From: Octopus sinensis
Taxonomy: Eukaryota
DNA length: 64,000 nucleotides
Reading direction: 5' to 3'
Assembly (NCBI RefSeq): GCF_006345805.1
Contig: NC_043003.1
Location: 46,438,001 to 46,502,000, forward strand
Every line of letters begins with the position of its first letter. Position 1 is the stretch's first letter. The position numbers and the translations under genes are program-made. Under the pieces are notes generated by a model. The model ran no database searches. It saw only the letters and a program-made list of their open reading frames with translations, and was not told the DNA's origin. This document shows positions 55,460 through 64,000 of the stretch, piece by piece.

Positions 55460-56042
55460 TACTGACATTCGGCTGACGATCGTAAGGTCGTTATTTCGAT
55501 TCCCGGCGGCGAGTTGTGTCCTTGAGCAAGACATTTTATTTCATGTTCCTCCAGTCCACTCAGCTGACAAAAATGAGTAGTACCTGTATTCCAAAGAGCT
55601 GTCACACTCTGTGTCACGCTGAATCTCCCTGAGAACTACGTTAAAGGAACGCGTGTCTGGGAACTACTTAGTGGTGGTGGTGGTGGTGATGCTAGTGGTA
55701 GCGGCGACAGTGGTGGTGCCAGAGGTGGTGGCAGAGGTGGTGGAGGAGGTGATTGTGGTGGTGGTGGCAGTGATGGTGGCGGTGGCGGCGGCAGTGATTG
55801 AGGTTACGGTGGCAGTGGTGGTGATGGTAATGGTGATAGTGGTCATGGTGGTAGTGGCGATGGTAGCTATGTGATAGTGGTGGTGGTGGTGGTGATGATG
55901 GTGGTGGTGGTGATGATGATGGTGATGGTGATGGTGATGGTGATTGTGGTGGTGGTAATGGTGGCACACACGTTAATTTCACGAGCAGTCTGCTCCATAG
56001 ATCGGATCATCTGGAACCCTCGTCGTAACCGACGAAGTGCCA
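55460..56042 (+). mobile_element. tRNA/CORE-like SINE interrupted by a ~295-bp GGT-rich insert
   Basis: Aligns with 12937-13200 before 55670 and after 55966. Confidence 0.8.
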
Positions 56043-56449
56043 CTATACTGATATTACTTTTTGCAGTTTTTCTATTTATTTATTTCGTGGTCGTCGCTGC
56101 TGTTGTTACTGTTTCGTTGTTACATCCAAACGTCATTCTGTAACAATAGTTATACTAATATTAACACAAACTTGTCGACAGTTCTTGTCTAAAAGAAAGG
56201 GATGTATGTTTTTCTTCATCTTTTTTTTCTTTTTTTATTTCATCTGTCTTCGCTCGAAATCAATAAACACCACTACAATGGAGGCCCTGAGAAAAACAAA
56301 CCAGCCAGCATCGCAACTTACAGGTCAGGAATCAAACATGATGACCACCAGACAGATACAAGAGCGGCGCAAAAATAAATCTTAAAATCCCAACACCATC
56401 ATGAACTTCTTATAACTAAGAAGGACGTGCTGTGTAGAGAAGGTTGTAG

Positions 56450-56762
56450 CTGCAATGGCGGCGGTGGCGGTAGTAGTGGGGAATGGTGATGGGGATAGTA
56501 GTGGTGATGGAGGTGAGTGATTGTGGTGGAGGTGGTGGTGGTGGTGGTGGTGGTTGTGGGTGATGGCAGTGAGTGATGTTCGTGGTAGCAGTGGGGGTTT
56601 TTATGGTGGGTATGGTGGTAGTGATAGTTATAGTGGTGATGGTGGTAATAGTGGTAGTCGTGATGATGGATGGTTTTGCGAGATATTGTATGTAATATGC
56701 GGTGATGGTTGTGTAGATGCAGTTGCTATTGTTGTTCAGATGATGATGATAGCTGTGATGGC

Positions 56763-56801
<39 letters not shown>

Positions 56802-57320
56802 TCTTGTTGTTCTTGTTGTCATGGTGGTGGTGGTGATGGTGGTGGTGATGGTGGTGGTGGAAATGGTAGTGACGATGAAGATCGTGATTGTAGTTAATGT
56901 TACTGCAAATGGTAGCAGGTGGTTTGGATGGTAGTGGTGTTCGTTGTAGTTAGAAGTCATCATATGGTGATGGTGATGGTGGTGCTGGTGCTGGTGATGG
57001 TGATGCTAGTGGTAGCGGCGACAGTGGTGGTGCCAGAGGTGGTGGCAGAGGTGCTGGAGGAGGTGATTGTGGTGGTGGTGGCAGTGATGGTGGCGGTGGC
57101 GGCGGCAGTGATTGAGGTTACGGTGGCGGTGGTGGTGGTAATGGTGATAGTGGGGATGGTGGTAGTGGCGATGGTAGCTATGTAATAGTGGTGATAGTGG
57201 TGGTGGTGGTGATGATGGTGGTGATGGTGATGGTGATTGTGATGGTGATGGTGATTGTGGTGGTGGTGTTTATGGTGGTGGTGGTTGTGATGGTGGTGGT
57301 GGTGGTGGTGATGGTAATGT
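56450..57320. repeat. degenerate (GGT/GAT)n low-complexity tract
   Basis: Direct reading. Confidence 0.9.
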
Positions 57321-57520
57321 AATAGAGAAAGCGGCAAAAAGCGGCTAGGCAGCCAATCAGACGGAGAAGCGATGTAGGAGGGAAACAGGAAAAATAATAG
57401 ATATAAAGAAATCTAACGAAAAAACATGGACGAAAATATTGGCAAACGCACAAATATCAGAGAGGGAGGGTGACGCTGACGCGCTGAAAGGAAGAGATAA
57501 ATATAGAGCGACCACATACA

Positions 57521-57580
<60 letters not shown>

Positions 57581-57674
57581 AATATATTATATATAATTTA
57601 TTATATATATATATTATATGTGTATATATGCGCGCGTGAACTGTGTGTAATATGCGCGCATGTATATATGTATA

Positions 57675-57717
<43 letters not shown>

Positions 57718-57769
57718 CATATATGTATATATATACATACACACACATATATATATGTATGTATGTATG

Positions 57770-57800
<31 letters not shown>

Positions 57801-57896
57801 CTATATATATATATATATATAAATGATAGTCAAAACAAATAGAGAAATGAACGTCTATAAATCATAACGAAAGACATTAAGATGTATATATAAGTA

Positions 57897-57944
<48 letters not shown>

Positions 57945-58055
57945 ACAACATACACACACACTCACACATAGATGATGTGTGTGTGGAGGAAGGACTATAC
58001 ACATAGAAGCTCCACCCACTCCCACATACATAGAAGATAAATTATAACGTATATA

Positions 58056-58101
<46 letters not shown>

Positions 58102-58720
58102 TATATATATACAAACATATACATGCATATCGAAATTTTGAGGAGTTTTGGCCGAAAACGGATGAGAGATGAGCGTGCCTACGCCATTTGTCTGTCTGTG
58201 TTGTCTCTCCTATCTTGTGTTTTTTGGCTTTCCACACTGGGTGTGTGTGTATGTGTTTGTGTGTGTGTGTATGGCACACACGCACTCACATTATATATAT
58301 ATATATATACACTACAATTGTTTTCGTTCAAGCACACGATCTCAGATCAAGTCACTCACTATATATATAAATATATATATATATATATACACACACATGC
58401 ATATATATATATAATATATATATATACGAAGAAAACAATTCTGTAATTTTTTGCTGAAGAGCCTACACTAATGATTTGGTTGTAGTGATCAAATATTTGC
58501 ACTCCTTCATGAAACCGACGTTGCCTGAACAAGGTTTACGGTGCTGCACACGTCAGGTGTCGATGTGCAACGTGAGATGAAGTTGTTTTTTTACCTCAAA
58601 AGACAACACACCACCTGGTCCAGGAATTGAAACTACGATCTCCAGATCGTTAGTTCAACACTCGAACCACTACATATCTGACGCTTCCAAAATTTTCTAT
58701 ATATATATATATATATATAT

Positions 58721-58998
58721 ACTCTTTTACTTGTTTCAGTCATTTGACTGTGACCATGCTGGAGCACCGCCTTTAGTCGAGCCTTTACTTATCCTATCGG
58801 TCTCTTTTGCCGCACAGACATATACACACACGTATATATACATATTTTCAGTTTCCGTCAACCAAATCCACTCACGAGGCTTTGGTCGGCCCGAAGCTAT
58901 AGTAAAAGACACTTGCCCAAGGTGCCACGCAGTGAGAATGAACCCGGAACCATGTGGTTGGTAAGTAAGCTACTTACCACACACTCCTGCTCTCCTCG

Positions 58999-59001
<3 letters not shown>
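58721..59001 (-). mobile_element. SINE family A, internally deleted
   Basis: Both the head and the CAAGTAAAAGAG tail are present on the minus strand. Confidence 0.85.
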
Positions 59002-59042
<41 letters not shown>

Positions 59043-59063
59043 TATATAATATATATATATATA

Positions 59064-59107
<44 letters not shown>

Positions 59108-59704
59108 ATTAATATATAAATATATGCATATATACATACATATATGTACATACCTACATATATATGTATATCTACATGCATATGGGTACAGGACATCAAG
59201 AAAACTTAGAACACAATGAGAAACGAAAACATAAAAACAAAAACATAGAAACGAACTTTTTTTGGAACAACGAAAAAACCAGAGAAACGAGACATACAAC
59301 ATAAAGAATATTCCCCTTCTTCAGTTGTCCCTGTTTCATCTACTCCGCTACATATCCTACGTACGTTTCTCGTCACTCGCAAGCATATCTTGTTAGCATG
59401 TACGATGGATTCGCTGGATGTTTTTAAGTGGTTATGCAGTCGCGAACAGACTTAGATACCCTGTCAGTCGTCTTATTGTTGGTCGAGTGAAACTTTGAGA
59501 ATGTGTCAGCTGGAAGGGTTGGGGTACACCAGCACTCAGGTGGCGCGTGACGTTCATTTGCCATTCGTGTAGACAGAAACAACGTAAAAGGAAGTAACCT
59601 GCTCCAGGACACAACGAACTAACTTGTGCTCGAACCGAAATCTACGACGGACTGATTTTGAATTCAACAATCTAACCACAACGCAATGCGGTTTTAAGCA
59701 AGCG

Positions 59705-60967
59705 TCACTACCACTACAACTACCACCGCCGTTACTATCTCCGCTACAACCACCACCTCCACACCATTAAGTCAATCAAAACCACCACTACCGTACCACA
59801 CCGTTCACTCAAACACCACCCCAAACTTCCACACCACCATCCCATTATACCATAAGACCATTATCACCGCCACCATCCCGCATTAAAAATTCTACCACCA
59901 TCACAACCACCACCATTACCGCTACCATCCCACATTGAAACTACCACCATTATCACCACCACCACCACAACCATTACCACCATCATCTTCACCACAATCA
60001 CCACCACTACCATCACCATCAACAACAACACCGCCATCACCACCACCATCACCACCATCATCTCCATCACCACCACCACCACCATCGCCACCACAACCAT
60101 CACCATCATCAACATGACCACTACCACTATCACCACCATCACCACCATCATCACCAACACCACCACCTTCAAATTCAAAATCATCACCCCCATTTTCTCC
60201 ATTACCACCCCGTTTACTCCATTTACTAGCACTACCACATCCTTCATCACAGCCAACACCATCGCCACCGTAACCGCTACCACCACCTTCACATTCATTA
60301 CCACCATGCCCATCCCTCCCACCACCATCGTATTACTGAAAGCTTTTAACCTGATTGACAACTTTACAATTCTGCCAAAATCCTATTATTGTGCATTTAA
60401 CACAAGGAACACTACCGCCCAAACACCACAAGCACCACCGCCACTACAACATTAACGCTACCAACACAGCAATGCTGAAACATACATATACTGCAACAAC
60501 ATCTACCGCATATAGTACCAGTAATAAGAATACTCCTACAACAAGAATACCACTACTGTACTACAACTACCACAACACCATTAACTCATAACACCACTAG
60601 GACTCTACCGCCACTACCAACATTTTTAATACTACTACTATTACTGCTATTACAGAAATGCTATATATCTACTACCTGTGGCAACACCACTACCAGTACA
60701 ACATCACAAACTATACAACGACGACATTAACACTGCAATAAGACGTGGACTAGCAATACTGTGGATACAACAGTGATGAATTACAGCCACAACATCACAA
60801 CATTATCAACGTAACTACAACGCCACTAGCACCGATACAATACCACCAACAATACTACAACAATAACAACAATATTACTACGACCACATCATGCTATCAA
60901 CACAGTTACAACACCGCAATGTCGTTGCAATGCTACTACTATTACTACTTCTAGTAGTAGTAGTAAC

Positions 60968-61042
<75 letters not shown>

Positions 61043-61315
61043 CAATGACATTACTGCGAAACATCACCAAAACTACCAGTACAGTACTATGACTCCAACA
61101 CGGTTAACTGCTACACGTTAACACCTTAAGATTGCTATAACACCAGTACTGAGTCAACAAGAGCAGCAGCACCATTACCACACCTGCGCCTATACTATTA
61201 CAATATCGACTCTACTACAACACGAGTAACACCACCTTAACATCCCTAAACCAAGTACAAACACAATACTGTAATACCAACACTACTAACTACGACAATA
61301 CCAACACTATTTTAT
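59705..61315. repeat. degenerate (ACC/ACT/AAC)n tract containing (TAG)n at ~60950-61041
   Basis: Direct reading. Confidence 0.9.
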
Positions 61316-61335
61316 CAGTACTAGGGTAAAACGGT

Positions 61336-62223
61336 AAAGGCCCCTTTCGATTATTAATGAGCATGGGATTGCACCTAGAAAGTTACCCTCCAAGGCACAT
61401 GTCCCAGCTGCGAAAATTTCTTTTCCCACGAGAGTTCCGGACCTTAGTTATGAACTCATTTGCATACAGCCAATCAGAGTTCAAACATCAAACTAATTTA
61501 TGAGCGCATATCAAGTGATAGGCGATAAGATAAGGTCACTTGGGTAAGGAATGACCATGCTTCTTTTTTCTCTTTTAATAATGCTTCTTCATCTTGTTCT
61601 TGTTTCAAACATGTCTGCCTCTGTGTACATATTTGTGTTGTTTACTTTGTAAAACAGTAAGGGGAGAGGGTTGCTAGCACGTCACCCTCTGCCCACATTT
61701 TTCCCATCCACATCTTACCATATGGGGCCCTAACAAAATCCGATAATAGATATAGATGCAAATCTATCAAATTACTTGTCTCCTTCTACAATCAGGCATA
61801 ACTTGGCGATCGGTTGACTTACAACGTTCTTTGTCTTGAGTTTTCTTGGCAAGAGTGTGTTTGATAACTTGACAATGTCAAGGTGAGCTCTGATTGGCTG
61901 TATGCAAATGAGTTCATTACTGGGGTCCGGAACTCTCGTGGGAAAAAATTTCGCGTCTCGGCAAGATTGTTTATGGAAGACCAGAAGTCGCCCATGCATA
62001 CCAGCATAACACTACTGATGTTATCCAAGGGAAAAGCAATAGCCGACACAGCTTGGCACCAGTGACGTAGCAACTCATTTCTACAGCTGAGTGGACTGGA
62101 GCAAGAAGAAATAAAGTGTCTTGCTCAAGACATGAGCACAACACACAGCCCGAACTGGGAATCGATCTCACTACCTCGTGCTTCTGAGCCAGACACTCTA
62201 ATCACTGAGCCATGCGTCTTCAC
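61336..62223 (-). mobile_element. tRNA/CORE-like SINE split by a MITE
   Basis: 62223-61960 and 61404-61336 together match the intact copy at 44522-44830. Confidence 0.85.
61403..61961. mobile_element. MITE with ~80-bp TIRs
   Basis: GCGAAAATTT..TTCCCACGAGAGTTCCGGACC..ATGAACTCATTTGCATACAGCCAATCAGAG at 61410-61479 is mirrored at 61888-61954. Confidence 0.85.
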
Positions 62224-62383
62224 AGTACTACAACACCACTAACACTACTACAACGGCAGAACCACTAACTACTAGAGCATCAATACTACAACAACAGCAC
62301 CAGTACAACTAAAACGCTACTACAGCACCAGCAATCCCATCACTATAACATTCGCTCAATCTCTAGAACGGCAGCAACACTAA

Positions 62384-62601
62384 GACAGGCTGCTGAAAAG
62401 TTCATGTCTTTATGTAAAAGAGAAGACACAATTCTCAGTGAATTATGATTTTATTAAACATTTTTCTCTCTCATATTCACACACTTATTGCAGAGGTCCT
62501 TCAGTTTTTCTAAGACGTGTAAGAGAACGCAGAACTTTGGGACTCTAGCCAGACATTTCGCGATACCCTTAAAGCCAGGAACTTTTCAGCACCCCTCGTG
62601 T
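62384..62601 (-). mobile_element. mariner-derived MITE, second copy
   Basis: Homologous to 20914-21122; ends GAACTTTTCAGCACCCCTCGT. Confidence 0.7.
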
Positions 62602-62664
62602 ATACATATGTATATATATATATACATATATATATATATTGATTTCACTCTCTCTCTCTCTCAC

Positions 62665-62697
<33 letters not shown>

Positions 62698-62714
62698 ATA
62701 TTTATGTATATATA

Positions 62715-63025
62715 TATATATACATATATACAATAAAAGCAATTAAGATTCAAGTCAATTCTAATGAATTTACTTGAATGCGGTACTTAAATTAGATGCA
62801 CCAGAAAACTATATGGTGTTAACCATACAGTAATGTGGGGTGATTATAAACGAGAAAGAAGCAACAAGAATGGATTAGTTTTTAGTACAATTGTTTCATA
62901 CAAAGACAGGCTTTATATAAAAGTTGCAATATTTATCTGCTGCCAATATTTGCAATTTTAATAAAGCCGTCTTTGTATGAAACAATTGTACTAAAAAACT
63001 AATCCATTCTTGTTGCTTCTTTCTC

Positions 63026-63027
<2 letters not shown>
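62715..63027. mobile_element. probable PLE pLTR fragment with long foldback (62850-63027)
   Basis: About 80-bp near-perfect arms containing GAAA-CAATTG-TA (3' half of a minimal hammerhead); flanked by (TA)n. Confidence 0.55.
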
Positions 63028-63097
<70 letters not shown>

Positions 63098-63106
63098 CTA
63101 TATATA

Positions 63107-64000
63107 TCAATTTAGGGTAGCAAAAAAATTCATAGAAATTTATCGCTACCAGCGGTCTAGTGGGAAAGAGGAAAATAGTCAAAGACTAAATATATAAAAA
63201 TTAACAATAAGGAATGGCCTTAATAGGCCATTGCCACTAGAAAGAGCAGCCAGGACTCAAACCGCTAAGTAGTAGTAATTCAGAAATAGGTGAAAATTAA
63301 AAACGTTTACCCTAATTCATCTTTAGACGATGCATCGTTCAGTGTTTTTAATGGTAAACCAGCTTAATTAAATTAAATTAAGTCAATTCTACCATAGGTT
63401 ACACTTAATCAGTAAAGAAACCAGGAGAGACGGATATACACGAGCGCGTCTGGATCAATGCCCTCGGAATATCTGCCTTTTAAAATTTTCAAGACCATCG
63501 TATTCGAGCCAACTTATCAGCAGTAAATATAAACTGCCGATTCAATCATCGAATTAGTCAGAAAATCATCAATTAATCAGATTTAGGGTAGCAAAAAATT
63601 CAATAGAAATTTATCGCTACCAGCGGTCTAGTGGGAAAGAGAAATAGTCAAAGACTAAATGTATAAATTTAACAATTAAGGAATGGCCTTAATAGGCCAT
63701 TCGTCCACTAGAAAGAGCAGCCAGGACTCAAACCGCTAAGTAGTAGTAATTCAGAAATTAGGTGAAAATTTTAAAATGTTTACCCTAATTCATCTTTAGA
63801 CGATGCATCGTTTCAATTTTTTGCTACCCTAAATTGATTAATTGATGATTTTCTGACTAATTCTGAGATTGAATCGGCAGTTATATTTACTGCTGATAAG
63901 TTGGCTCGAATACGATGGTCTTGAAAATTTTAAGGCAGATATTCCGAGGGCATTGATTACAGACGCCTCGTGTAATCCGTCTCTCCTGGTTTCTTTACTG
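63107..64000. repeat. ~471-bp unit: tandem partial copy followed by inverted copy (PLE pLTR-like arrangement)
   Basis: TTTAGGGTAGCAAAAA at 63111 and 63582; from about 63814 the sequence is the reverse complement of about 63600-63410. Confidence 0.8.

Noticed and set aside
55653-60591. Poly-His, poly-Val, poly-Thr 'mucin-like' or extensin-like ORFs
   Set aside because: Degenerate trinucleotide tracts are open in several frames on both strands, and one tract lies inside a SINE.

Overview
AT-rich eukaryotic non-coding DNA, probably a long intron or gene desert. The SINE families and the very high (TA)n/(CA)n/(TACA)n/(TAGA)n load suggest an octopus (coleoid cephalopod) genome; this is inferred from memory of those families, not from a search. 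I found no host protein-coding exon, rRNA or bona fide tRNA, and nearly all listed ORFs are microsatellite translations. Recognisable content: more than 25 tRNA-derived SINE copies of three modular groups, decayed Tigger/pogo and mariner transposases, MITEs, one non-autonomous Helitron, a young Tx1/L1-clade LINE 3' end, an RTE fragment and several Penelope-like (PLE) fragments. Most worth checking: (1) a PLE-borne minimal hammerhead ribozyme with a compensatory U3-A8 core; (2) SINE multimers that always join at the same palindromic GAAATA-GG-TATTTC junction; (3) a Tx1-like LINE in a (GATA)n tract with an apparent >100 bp target duplication; (4) a MITE whose TIRs carry octamer plus CCAAT motifs; (5) a locally templated GGT-rich insertion inside a SINE. 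Boundaries of decayed elements are approximate.
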